Shown piece by piece: positions 1 to 11,789 of a stretch of DNA of 64,000 bases (positions are counted from its first letter, which is position 1; each line of letters opens with the position of its first letter). The translations under genes and the position numbers were made by a program. The stretch covers positions 205,282,001 to 205,346,000 of the forward strand of contig CM075977.1 in NCBI GenBank assembly GCA_038087875.1. Reading direction: 5' to 3'. The notes under the pieces were generated by a model. It was not told where the DNA came from. It saw nothing but the letters and a program-made list of their open reading frames with translations, and did not search any database. This stretch comes from Malacoraja senta. Its lineage: Eukaryota.

Positions 1-392
1 AAATTGACCACTGATCTCCAACCAGTAAAATTCAATAATAGTCAAGAAGGGTAATCTTTAAAAGGCTTCAGAATGGTCATCTTTTAAAGGCTTTTCTAAG
101 TTTGCTAAACCATTCATTAAGCCTCTATGCAGCTTACTTCCTCTTAAACAGCTAAATATTAACAAAGATTAGGCCTATCGGGTAGTTTTATATGACAAGA
201 ACACAGGCTGTCTTGCTCATGGTGCAGTGAAGCGTAGTAATCAAAGGCTGGCTTTGCTCTTAGCTACTTCCTGAAAAATAATCTCAATTCCTTCTCTAAA
301 ATTATCGAATAAAAGCTGTCACTTATTCAGTATGCAGCTTCAGATTTCTGAAAAAGGACTAATAGAGCATTATAATGAGTGATACTTACTTC

Positions 393-406
393 GTTGCCAT
401 GGTAAC
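393..406. promoter_or_regulatory. RFX X-box-like palindrome
   Basis: GTTGCCATGGTAAC matches the RFX consensus GTNRCC(N0-3)RGYAAC. It lies in apparently repeat-free sequence. Confidence 0.4.
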
Positions 407-859
407 TCGGTGAAACATATTTGGTCTATGTTTTAGCTGACTGAGGTGATCCTCTGGAGATGGATTCTTAGTGACTGGCTGTTTACATATAAGAATGAGA
501 AAGTGATAGACTTTTGAATGTGTAAAACTATACCAAAAGCTTTTGATTCTACAAACAACGAAAGCCAATTAATTAAACCAACAATATAACAAATCCTTCA
601 TGATGTAGTTCTCATAGTATTAATACATATTATTTAGACATTTAAGTCTGCAGCTATTTATAATTAATGCAACCTGGTGCTTACATGGTCTTGAATATAC
701 TATGCAAAGATCTGAATATAAGCAGCAAGTTATAAATAAATGAACTGTCTTTTATTATTGTCAGAACCACATTGCTATTGCAATCTTTATTAACTCCTGA
801 TCAAATTACTATAAAGATCTCTTTGTCAATTTCTTCATAATAAACTTTTAAGGACCATT

Positions 860-1112
860 CTGTTATCCGGCTTCTGAATGACTCTTCCATAAACGAGTGT
901 ACTGTCCGATTCACCTCTATCCTGTTGTGGACGTTAGAACTGATGTGCTGCAATGTTGAGAACTACAACACTCTATATGTTGTTCTATCTATTGTACTTG
1001 AGTTTGACTTAATTTTATTTATGTATAGTATTATCTGATTTGATTGAATAGCATGCAAAACAAAGTTTTAAACTGTACATCAGTAGACTTGACAATAATA
1101 AACCTAAACCTA
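860..1112 (+). mobile_element. Degenerate LINE 3' UTR fragment (Rex1/L2-like) with short-repeat tail
   Basis: Ends in gacaataataaacctaaacctaa. The ctgtac...tgacaataa motif resembles the 3' ends of the Rex1-type copies at 2948 (-) and 62660-62700 (+). Confidence 0.4.
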
Positions 1113-1345
1113 ATAACTGTCTGCAACACATTGCATTCTGAACTTGGTCATTCTAACCTTCATTCTGTTGGAATATGGAAAAATACTAATGGGAAAACCT
1201 TTTAATGTCTACAAATTGCTCTGTGAACTTTTTTTACAGAGAAAATTGAAATATGCCCACCCTCAACGCCTCTGTCCTTCTCTGCGGTATCTTCTGCAGC
1301 ATTCGCTTAGATCTCCTCACTATCTTTAACCTCACCTTCAGTCAC

Positions 1346-1556
1346 CATCTTTTATAGTTATAGAGCATGGAAATAGGCCCTTCATCTTTTATAGTTATAG
1401 AGCATGGAAATAGGCCCGACCAACATGCCCCATCTACTGTACACTAGTCCCACTTGCCCACACTTGGCCCATAACCTTCTAAACCCATCCTATCCATGTA
1501 CCTTTCCAAATGTCTCTTAAACATTATGATAGTATCTGCCTCAACTACCTCCTCTG
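1346..1556 (-). mobile_element. CR1/HER1-type LINE 3' fragment with a 35-bp direct duplication at its end
   Basis: Similar to the copies at 19660-19895 and 40595-40940. catcttttatagttatagagcatggaaataggccc occurs at 1346-1380 and again at 1383-1417. Confidence 0.65.
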
Positions 1557-2129
1557 AGATTTTACTTTCTTCGTTATCCTATTAATTATTATCCTATATC
1601 ATATTTGTTGGTGTCATTAAGCTTAAGTAAGTTTATTATAGTTATGTCTAGTTACCTTTAATTATTATCTGCCTGTGTTAATGTGGGTGGTATTTTATAC
1701 GTAGTCTGAGGCATGTTTTTGGCTAGAGGATTCTGGAGCAGACACTCAGATGATTAGTTTCAGTTTGATGTCGAGGCCATGGGTTGAAAGCTTTTTACCA
1801 TGACCACGAGCATGATCGGGACATATATATGTTGTCAGACAATGTACTTTTACAATAAATGTTTATGATTTATATGACGAATGGAACGATGAGTAAGGGC
1901 GCAAAGGGATGGACAATATCATTGTTTTGTATTACTTCAATGAAAAGCAATTAATCAAGACTGGAAGACTTATTATTACTATCGCCGGAGCTTGTGGAAT
2001 GCGAGAGACTACTTTTCTAATCATACCCGATAAATTAGTGACTATCGAAATTGGATTTTGAGACCGTTGTAATAAACTGCCACTATAATATTAATTATTC
2101 CCAATTAATTATTTTTATTTAGTCCAAGT

Positions 2130-2310
2130 AGTGTGGGCTTCACAAGCTGAGCCAGCATTTAATTGCTGATCGTTAACTACCCTTGTAAAGGTGGCGGTGA
2201 GCTACTTTCTTGATCCACTGTTGTCCCTGAGGCTTGGGTATATACACAATGCTATTATGGAGAGAGCTCCAGGATGTTAACCCAGTGACAATATCAATGA
2301 AGGATAGATG
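2130..2310 (-). mobile_element. Old LINE 3'-end fragment (same family at ~21165-21330 and ~24215-24620)
   Basis: Three mutually similar degenerate segments (gccagcattt...cccttg.aaaggtggcggtga...ttccagga..tt..ccca.tgac). Confidence 0.45.
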
Positions 2311-2947
2311 TTCTAACCTGTGGAAATGTGTTGGTACACATTATTTTAACTGAGTGTGCCATAAAAGTCAAAATTATTATTGCTGAGATTAGTCAAATGG
2401 ATGAATGAGGGATTGGTTAGATCAAACATACTTACTGTCCAACACGACATAATTTTGAGACCGAATACACACATGTAATTTGATATAATTTGATATGGCT
2501 GATCATTTATATCTGAAAGACTTTTCCCTGGTCTACAATTGATGGTTTTAATTTCACCAACAGTAGAAAATATGGAAGAAGAAAAAAGCTATATAGCACC
2601 TTTTGCAATAAATAGCACATTTAGTTCAATCCTTTCTCAAAATGAATTAAAGTTCTACTACATGGATTATGTTGCCTTAGGGAAAATGAATAAATGCAGG
2701 TGAATCTTTCAAGAAGATAAGCCTATGTACATTTTTGTTCAGTAATAGTGAAAAATACTGGATATTAATCTAACATCAAGCCTAAATCTTTCACCAGCAC
2801 ACGAGCTACAGCATTGTTAAAGGCATTCACGCTTATCTTTTTTAGATTTCAATTCCATGAGTAGATATGTTTTTCTTGAGATATCAATCTCCTTTGGCAA
2901 AAGTATTTGGTAGAAGTATTAGTAAACATGTTGAAAATCACTAGCTT

Positions 2948-3908
2948 CAAAAGTCAAGAGTGTTTTATTGTCATATGTCCCAGATAGGACAATTAAATTC
3001 CTACTTGCTGCAGCACAACAGAATATGTAAACATAGAACATAACGGGAGAAGAAAAAAAGTTTAGTGTGTGTATACACATGGACACATACTCAATAAATA
3101 CCAAATATAGTGCAATAATAATAATAGTCTGTTGTAGTTCAGAGCTCATTTGTTGTTGTGTTTAATAGCCTGATGGCTGTAGGGAAGCAGCTGTTCCTGA
3201 ACCTGGACATTACAGTTTTCAGGCTCCTGTACCTTCTTCCTGATGGCAATGGTGAGATGAGTGTGTGGCCAGGATGGTGTGGGTCTTTGATGATGTTGGC
3301 TGCCTTTTTGAGGCAACAACTTCGATACATCCCTTTGATGGTGGGGAGGTCAGAGCCGGTGATGGACTGGGCAGTGGTCACAACTTTTTGCAGTCTTTTT
3401 CGCTCCTGGACGTTCAAGTTGCCGAACCAGGCCACGATGCAACCAGTCAGTATGCTCTCTCCTGTGCACCTGTAGAAGTTCAGGAGAATCCTCTTTGACA
3501 TACAGAATCTCCGTAATCTTCTCAGGAAGTAGAGTCGCTGATGTGCTTTCCTTATAATTGCATCAGTGTGCTGGGACCATGAAACATCTTCGGAAATATG
3601 CACGCCCAGGAATTTTAAGTTTTTGACCCTCTCCACCATCGTCCCATTGATGTAAACAGGATTGTAGGTCCTCATCCTTCCCCTACCAAAGTCCACAATC
3701 ATCAGTTCCTAGGTTTTACTGATGTTGAGAGCCAGGTTGTTATGCTGGCACCATTTGGTCAATCGGTCGATCTCACTTCTGTACTCTGACTCATCACCAT
3801 CTGTGATTCGTCCAACAACAGTGGTGTCGTCGGCGAACTTGATGATGGAGTTTGCGCTATGTCCGGCTACGCAGTCATGGGTATAGAGTGAGTAAAGCAG
3901 GGGGCTGA
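2948..3908 (-). mobile_element. 5'-truncated, frameshifted Rex1/Babar-type LINE (RT C-terminal part plus 3' UTR)
   Basis: ORF 3709-3933 carries SPLLYSLYTHDC...KFADD. ORF 3139-3702 carries KFLGVHIS...KAHQRLYFLRRL...LPSGRRYRS. Both are clearly homologous to the C-terminus of the intact ORF at 59369-62527. Confidence 0.92.
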
Positions 3909-4996
3909 ACTTTATGATCACAAATGAAATCAAGCAAACCCAATCTTATTCACACTTCTCAAAGAAAGACTTACATCTACACAGAACTTTCCATGGCCTC
4001 TTGCTATTCCAGAATACTTCACAGTCGTTGTGTACACATGTTGCCAAGTTATACATCCTCAGTACTTTGGTTATTCATCCTCTCAAACATCTATCTCAAG
4101 GAAAGGCAATTACAGATAGGTTAGAGGGCCTTTGCAACTTGTTTAAAAACCTAAATATTTTATGGTGTAGTTCACTGAACAATTACTAATGTCTACATTT
4201 CTGCAGATGGTACAGCATGAAATGTAAAGTCTAATCAATCTGTAATCAGCAGCAACATAAGAATTTAAATAACATTTGTCAAACAATTTCAAGATTAATC
4301 CCAGTATTTGATCTCTTGTTGCTAACAGCTTTGCTTTAAATGGTTGTTTTTTCTTGCTTGGTATTGTGTTCTTTGCCAGTGACTGATCACAATGTGTCAT
4401 TAACCTGATTTCCTATCTAAGCATGGGATTCCTGTGTAAATCAAGTTCAAGTTTAGGACACATACTGCAACATATAATTTAAATTGATGGCCATCTGACA
4501 GTCAATAATAATAATCACATTGGGTCAATTTTGATGAAAATCCATTTGTAATCAGAAACCAAGGAAAGAGGTTATTTCCTCCATAATATTCACTTTTAGT
4601 CTACTTGTCCTCCTTTTTTACTTTCATAAGTGGGGGACTAGAGCAGGGTATGACCTCTCTATACTCACTATAGAGTACTCAGTATGCAAACCATCAAGGA
4701 GCTGGGTTATTTTCACAGCCCAGTTCCATTCTCATTCTAGTCCGACCACTTGTTCAGATTGGTTTTAAGCCGCGAAACAAGCACATAGGTGAACTTCGGA
4801 TCTGTTGGAAAAACTTTCCTTCCATTCATCTCAGGCACATTTATTAATTGGGTGATTATAAAGTATTCCATTTCAAATGTATTATTGGTTAACTCCTCGG
4901 ATGCTTCAATCTGAGTGTACTCAGGGGCAAAACTGACAACAGTGTCCTTGGTACCTCTGCAAAAGCATACTTGGCGCCCCTGCTGATAAAAGTAGT

Positions 4997-5133
4997 CTTC
5001 CTCTTCTTGCATATGGCGTGCACAGCCTAAAGTTGTAGGTCAACTTGTTCTATTTGATCTTGTTTGTGCACGTCGGGTTGATTGCATTAGTCGAAACAGA
5101 GTGGACCTCGTGAAGGTTGTAATCTCCCACCCC
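4997..5133 (-). mobile_element. 137-bp non-autonomous retroelement (Ingi/Vingi- or RTE-derived) headed by an HDV-like ribozyme fold
   Basis: Perfect 11-bp TSD ATAAAAGTAGT at 4986-4996 and 5134-5144. Has an (AAG)n-like tail gcaagaagaggaag. The 5' 54 nt fit the HDV nested double pseudoknot. Confidence 0.8.
5080..5133 (-). ncRNA. Candidate minimal HDV-like self-cleaving ribozyme
   Basis: Minus strand reads GGGGUGG GA GAUUACA ACC UUCACGA GGU CCACUCU GU UUCGA C UAA UGCAAUC. This parses as P1, J1/2, P2, P3, L3, P3', P1', P1.1, no P4, catalytic C, J4/2, P2'. Confidence 0.72.
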
Positions 5134-5867
5134 ATAAAAGTAGTAATGAATGTGGGAGGAAGGCTATGAATATTCATTCCCGATTCATCTCTACGTATTA
5201 GGTATGCCTCCTTGCGGAAGACCAATACATGCTTAACCACAAAGAATTTCGACCTAAAACGATAATATTGCAGAGTTAGTGACAAAATAATATCTTACCA
5301 GTCAACTGGTCACATCCAATAATATTCACTTGAGGTTTTCTTTCAATGTGTTGACAATTGAGGGTCTGCCAATTTTGTGACTGAGAGTGAAGCACAAAGC
5401 AAGGAGCAAGGCATTGACAAAAACAGCAGTGTTTACACATTTATATCATAAAGGAGACATTGTTAGAGAAGTAGTCTTCAAAATAATTCCACTGTTTGTG
5501 CTGAAACGTCCGAATAGTGAAGGCAGTGATGAGATCATTGTGTTTGCACTGGCTGGCCACAAGTACCTCAGGACTGGTAATGGCCACAATACTTGTCAGC
5601 ATCACGGTGGCCACATTGAGGTGAAGTCTGCAACATCATAATTTTTAAATCTAGACCAAAGTCCAGCTATAGCATTTCCACAGATTATACAGTTTAATAA
5701 GAAAATTACATTAAAATGGGACCGTCTGGTAAACTGACTGGTTCTTAATTAACGCAACTTTGAACTGAAAACCTCTTCTTGACTCATGGGTTAATAATCC
5801 CTTACTTGGCACAGGAAGAAACGTTGAAGTCATTTGCCCTTACAGTGGCTTCAACCATAGACAGATT

Positions 5868-6245
5868 AAGGTCATAAGGTCATAAGTGATAGGAGCAGAA
5901 TTAAGCCATTCGGCCCATCATGTCTACTCCGCCATTCAATCTTGGCTGATCTATCTCTCCCTCCTAACCCCATTCTCCTGCCTTATCCCCATAACCTCTG
6001 ACACCTGTAATAATCAAGAATCTATCTATCTCTGCCTTAAATATATCCACTGACTTGGCCTCCACATCTTTCTGTGGCAAAGAATTCCACAGATTCACCA
6101 CCCTCTGACTAAAGAAATTCCTCCTCATCTCCTTCCTAAAAGAACTTCCTTTAATTTTGATGCTATGACCACTAGTCCTAGACTCTCCCACTCGTGGAAC
6201 CATCCTCTCCACATCCACTATCTCTAAGCCTTTCACTATTCTGGA
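5868..6245 (-). mobile_element. HER1/CR1 LINE 3' fragment
   Basis: ORF 5964-6254 has the CR1 ORF2 C-terminus (RRNFFSQRVVNLWNSLP...FKAEIDRFL). Tail is the aaggtcat repeat. Confidence 0.9.
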
Positions 6246-7244
6246 TTTGAACAATCTGGATCAAAGTTGTCTATGGTGTGCTCCAGCATGAGTGGTGAAA
6301 ACACTAGACAATAATTCACAATATCACCTATTCATGAGGTTTGAATACAATTTACTATTACCTTACACTCTTCAGGTAAGCGTATTTGCTCTCCTTTATA
6401 AAAGATGCATGTTGTATGGTTAATGATGCAATATTATTGCAGCATTAAGATAAACTATGCCATGCTCTCTTAGAAATATAAAACAACAAATCATTCATAA
6501 GTGTAAATACCTTAAATACATTTGAAAATCTAACCATGCAAAGCATCTTTTTCACTTTATTGAGGCTCAATACCTAGATCATTGCAAGTAAAATATTTTT
6601 CTTTGGCACTTAAGAGTAAAAATGTACGGTATGTGTCTTTCTAACTGACATCATAGTGTACATTGACAATATTCATATTTCATGAGTTTGTTACAATACA
6701 ATACATTTGTACTCTAGTTTAATGTACAGCTGTCACCTACTTCTTTACAAAATACAATTGCTATAACCGTACATTTCAAACTTTAAAATGGTATCAAATA
6801 CACTTATAGTAATGACAATACACCACAATATTTAGCTTTAATTCAATTTCCATTTGGTTCATGTTATAGTTATAATTATTTTCCTGATCCTGTGTTAAAG
6901 TACTGCAGTGCAGAATTCATTTAATTTGGGATAACAATTGATAATCAGAGGACAAAACTTCTCATTTTAAAACAGAGAATATTGTGACAGAAAGGTGTTT
7001 TTGTGCAACTAATCCAACTTCGTAAGCAATGTTACTTTCTGTCAACCTACAGATTGTAATGTATTAGCTACTAAATATAGTCTGCTGCTACAAGACAGAA
7101 TAATTTTCACTTAAAAGTAAAACATTATATTCTGGCGTATGTAAATAATTTAATTGGCAAAAAAACAGATTTTTGGATAAGCCTTCTGATTTCATTTTTC
7201 CATCTGAACTCTGTTCATGCTTACTTGGGCAGTAATCCTGTTTC

Positions 7245-7350
7245 CCTTGCCAGAATTGACAAAGGTCTGACTGTTAGTGATACCTTTCAGAACTAAATTT
7301 ACTCCAGAGTGACAGAGGCAGGTGGACACAGGGCATCCAGCCACTTGTGC
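7245..7350 (+). promoter_or_regulatory. MEF2C: Mef2c-type skeletal-muscle promoter/enhancer (MEF2-like site plus E-boxes)
   Basis: tgacaaaggtctg...gatacctt...CTAAATTTAC(7293-7302)tccagagtgaca...CAGGTG(7319-7324)...CACTTG(7342-7347). Sequence and order match my recollection of the mouse Mef2c muscle control region. Not verified by search. Confidence 0.72.
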
Positions 7351-7359
7351 AAAGCATCA

Positions 7360-7562
7360 TGCTACCATAGGTCAACATCGAGAGGGGAAAAAGACGTTGT
7401 CTTCAGAGTTGAAACAGATCGAAGCAAGCTCATCCCGAAGAGGGGGGTTTCTCTTCAAAGCCAGCTGGTCTGGCTTTATCTTTAGGATTTTTTTTTTACC
7501 TGCACCGTTTGATCAGCCGACCCTGCAGCAGGTGCTGCAGAGCATAGAAAGGAAAGACATTG
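7360..7562 (+). other. MEF2C: Non-coding first exon of MEF2C-type gene (start approximate)
   Basis: ggggggtttctcttcaaagccagctggtctggctttat (7442-7479), tttttttacctg and cagcaggtgctg match the mammalian MEF2C upstream 5' UTR exon as I recall it. Canonical donor TTG|GTGAGT at 7562/7563. Confidence 0.7.
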
Positions 7563-9723
7563 GTGAGTTTTTGAAATTAATGTAAAAAAAAGTGTTTTCT
7601 TACTCCTAATTGCAGTATTTGTGTGCGTACGCCTTACCTCAGCATAAAGAAAACTAATTTCTATGCTTGGTGTAATATTTGAAGTGTTACTAACTTTATA
7701 TTTAAAGAAATGTAGTATGTGAATAATGATTGTATTATCATAAAGTACAGGCTCTTCTTCCATGCTCACGGTGTTATCTATTGCCATACATGGTGAACAA
7801 AGAGAGTTTGAAATTAGTTAAAAATACTCATCAGCAAATGAAGAAATATACAGCATATACAGGATAAAATGGGTGATATATATGTTTCTTTAATTCAATG
7901 AAATTATCTTCAAATTCTAGTTTCATGTAAATCACAGAAAAATCAACTTTTATATTATATGAATTATTATTGGTAATTATGTTTTCGCTTGAGGTATCTA
8001 GATAAATACCTGTTCAGTAATATTGCTAAAGATATAGGTAGAAACACAGCACACATTCACTTCAATCTAGATTTAAAAACTTAGATCCTTTTTGGTCAGA
8101 AAGTATCATACCTGCTGTCGTAGATCTTCATGACTTTGTTAATCTGTAATCAAAAGGCAAATATTTAATATTATGTGTCCATTATTGATGCTACAAACAT
8201 TTAATGAAGAGTCTGCGTTTAATTTCTGTAAATGCAGACTTTTGGTTTAAAAGCTGAAGTTAAATAACAGATACAAAGAGAAGGTATGCCGACATTGATA
8301 TTAATCTGTTCTGAGTAAATATAGCAGCTGGTGATAGAGTGTGGTTGTATATTCAAAGCTTAATTTTTCAAATTATCTTTTTCATTCATTTGCTACATAA
8401 GAATAATTTTAATAGATTAAATGAAAAAAGTTAAGATATCACCAGCGACAGATTAAATCAATTGGATTTAGCCTGAATTCCAAAAACTGGCTGACATAAT
8501 CTTGACTTTGACATACATAATTTACAGCTGTCCTCTAGGTCATGCTTCTAATGTAGACGCACCCACCTCTGTAGAATTACTGCAAATAAGAAATGGATAC
8601 TTCATTGAGTTATTTTGCAACCTTGGTTGTTGAGTACCGTTATAATTGAAATCTAGAAGAAATGGGGAATAAATATAAAATTCAAACAATAGAATTGATA
8701 GACAATAGATATCCTATGAATGTTAAACTACAAAAAAATCTTCTTCAGACTTTAACATTGCGTTAAAGGTCACTAACTGAATGGCATAAATAAAACCCAT
8801 TGATATCATGCTTGTGATTGAGACTACTTTTCCCAAAATACTAGATTTATAATGGCCTGGATATCTTTCTTTGCCAATCTACAACCATGAATAATTATCA
8901 ATAAATGAGTTTGCAAACCTATTTGACCTCTGAGACGTATATACATTTTCTTTATGATTAAACAATTCAGAATGATCAAAATTATAAATGAAAGCCCTTT
9001 TTTTCATTTAAGATGCTTGTGTTTTGGAATCAGACAATGGAACACAGGATTGATCCAGGAAGACTCGTTGTGTTTTCTTCAGGAAAGAAATAGACTGGAT
9101 TTGCTAAATACAAGTCCCAAAATATGGTGAAATCCCCAAAAACTAATTAGTAAACAATGGATCCAAATTCATTGGCTAAAATCAATGACTTTAGTGGCAA
9201 TGTTATTTTGTCTTAATGGAAAAAGGGTATTCCAGTGGAAGACATACCTGAAAACTGGTAAATTTCTCTGAAAGCTGTGCAATTCAAATATATCTGATTT
9301 ACCTAGTCACTGGGCGGCAATGGTGATTGGTTTGGTGAATATAGCTTTAAACTGTTATTTAAAAAAACATTGTTTTATCGGGTCAAAGTGAAGAAAATCA
9401 TTTGCCAGGCCTTGTAAAGTTCATTTTGTTCAATGAGCATAGACATTTGTTCCCATTAATCTCTATAAAAATAGTTATGCTTGTGGACGCAGGACTATTG
9501 TGTTTTTCCCCCCCAATTTTTCTCAGATTCTGGACTGCATCACCAGCCCATTTTACATTTCATTCTTGGTCCACTGGTTTTGTCCATTTGAAGCACAACG
9601 AGGCAGGATTCTAGCTTGTTAGAATGCATGAAAAAGGATTTATATAACTGATAAAAGTTACCAAAATAGCAACTCAAAAACTACGTATCACTATCAGTAT
9701 AAGTAAGTTGTTTAATGGCACAG

Positions 9724-9805
9724 CAGTCTACAGGCATCACCCCCCCCCCCCCCCTCCCCTCCCAGTCTACAGGCATCACCCCCCCCCCCTCCCCTCCCCT
9801 CCCCT
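9724..9805. repeat. Tandem duplication of a ~39-bp unit with poly-C/CCCCT tract
   Basis: cagtctacaggcatcac-Cn-tcccctcc is present twice, head to tail. Confidence 0.8.
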
Positions 9806-10553
9806 CTCTTTCAGTTAATTCCAGGGGAAATTAAAATACTCTTAATTTACTCGTCTGTCAAAATAACTTTGTAATGATTTGAAATATTTACCGACTCTAA
9901 AAGACAAGGGGGAAAATTGTTTTCCAAGCGCCATGCACATACATATAATTTAAATGCTGCCATAACCTCCCTAATTTAGATATCTACTGCTGTATAAAAT
10001 GCACTGAGCATTAAGAAAGAGGGGGGGGGGGGACTTATCTGCCTTCTTGCCATAGTGCCCGAATATTTTATTTATCCCTATTGAAAAACAAACGCACGAG
10101 CCCACCTTACGTGTTGAGGAAAGGCACTTCATATATAACACGACGAATGTGTATATCGGTTGCATAGAGTGAAAGAGCAAGGTTTCACCGCGCAGTATTT
10201 AAAGTGGATTTTCGGATAATATGATTAATGGCTTTACGTTGGGATCTGCTCCCTTTGAACTTCCAGTAAATTGAAAAGTATTTACTTATAGATTCTTTAA
10301 AAAAATGAACATTACTGTGCCCTGCCACTTAAAATAAAAGTAACGATACCTTTGCAATGTCATGCCCGCTAATTAAAGTAGTAAGCTCATTCAAACAAGT
10401 CGGGTTAGTGAGGACGCCAAATTTCGAGAGTCTTATCCGTAATGTTTAATCAAACGACCGGAGATTTTTTTCAATTGATTAGTCCAGTGACAACTATGAG
10501 GAATTGTAATATATGCGTATTAAGATATGAAAAAAGATTGTTCAGTATCATCT

Positions 10554-10757
10554 TAGACACAAAATGCTGGAGTAACTCAGCGGGACAGGCAGCATCCCTG
10601 GTGAGAAGGAATGGGTGACGTTTCGGGTCGAGACTCTTCTTCAGTCCCAACCCAAAACATCACCTATTCCTTCTCTCCAGAGACGCTGCCCGTCCCGCTG
10701 AGTTACTTCAGCTTTTTGTGTCGATCTTCGGTGTAAACCAGCATCTGCAGCTCCTTT
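10554..10757. mobile_element. Penelope-type short repeat, inverted pair (fold-back), with minimal hammerhead core on - strand at 10617-10644
   Basis: A minus copy (CTGAAGAAGAGTCTCGACCCGAAACGTC) is followed directly by a plus copy that lacks the CTGAAGA part. Confidence 0.7.
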
Positions 10758-10924
10758 GCTGCACATTTCAATATCAGCTAATCTTTCCGTGTGCCAGCGA
10801 TCCCGTACGTCATTTTTTTTTGCATGCAAGCTCCTTTGATCAGCTGGAGGGCTTGCTACAGAAGTTTTCGTTCCTGCTCAGATATTAAAACGTAACTAGT
10901 TTGTTGCCGATTGATTTTGCTGCT

Positions 10925-11130
10925 AACGCCACAAGCGGCGGCAGCTCCTTGCCTTTTGCAACAACTTCGGATGATTGACAGGACGGCGCTGCGCACTGAC
11001 AGCTCCGGGCGTGACGTCAATGGAGCGGAGGGAGACTGAATCCAGGCCCGGCGAGGGAGGGAGGGGGGAAATTGTGCAAACATTTATCAGAAAATACACC
11101 TTACTGCGCCGTCCCAAAAGTTTACCCGGT
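10925..11130. promoter_or_regulatory. CpG-rich promoter-like segment with perfect CRE
   Basis: High CpG density, TGACGTCA at 11012-11019 and a GGGAGGGAGGGG tract downstream. Confidence 0.5.
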
Positions 11131-11228
11131 ACAAGAGGTTGAGAAAGGCTCATTGCAACATTTTAAAATCCATTGCATTCATCCAGAAAGCAACAAAACA
11201 TCTTAGAGCAAGATGTCATGTTATAGGA

Positions 11229-11457
11229 AAGATAGACACAAAATGCTGGAGTAACTCAGCGGGTCAGACAGCATCTCTGGAGAGAATCGAATGGGTGGTG
11301 TTTCGGGACGAGACCAACAACATCTCAGTCTGAGGAAGGGTTTCGGCCCGAAACGTTGCCTATTTCCTTCGCTCCATAGATGCCGCTGCACCAGCTGAGT
11401 TTCTCCAGCACTTTTGTCTACCTTCGATTTTCCAGCATCTGCAGTTCCTTCTTTAAC
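11229..11457. mobile_element. Two Penelope-type repeats of different subfamilies in opposite orientation; hammerhead core on + strand at 11330-11357
   Basis: Minus copy at 11229-11316. The plus copy starts CTGAGGAAGGGTTTCGGCCCGAAACGTT. Confidence 0.7.
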
Positions 11458-11502
11458 ATCTTAAGCAACAAGCAAGACAGACTCAACATGCGGGTTTAAC
11501 TC

Positions 11503-11690
11503 CGCGGGACAGGCAGCATCTCTGGAGAAAAGGAATGGGTGGCGTTTCTGGTCGGGACCCTTCTTCAGACTGAGTCAGGGGAGAGGGAACCTAGAGATAT
11601 GGAAGGGTAAGGTGAAAACGACGCTGGTCAAGGAAACGGAGAATGGTTCATTGTTAGCTGGGGGGAAGGTGACAACAAGGCATACAATCC
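11503..11690 (-). mobile_element. Penelope-type repeat with extra upstream element sequence
   Basis: gcgggacaggcagcatctctggagaaaaggaatgggtggcgtttctggtcgggacccttcttcagac, continuing into a purine-rich element body. Confidence 0.6.
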
Positions 11691-11789
11691 GCAAAAAATA
11701 TATTACAAGCAATTCTCCAGTCCACTTAAAGAGCGTAAGTCAGTTTGCATTCAAAGCTTTGCAATGAAAATAAAACATCGGAATTGAGT

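Noticed and set aside
7499-7556. Possible 35-nt minus-strand micro-exon (ctctgcAG...cag|GTAAAA)
   Set aside because: No partner exons are visible, and the + strand UTR exon explains the sequence.
7322-7585. 87-aa ORF over the conserved first exon
   Set aside because: It starts at GTG, runs through the splice donor and resembles no protein I recognise. The region is better explained as promoter plus 5' UTR.
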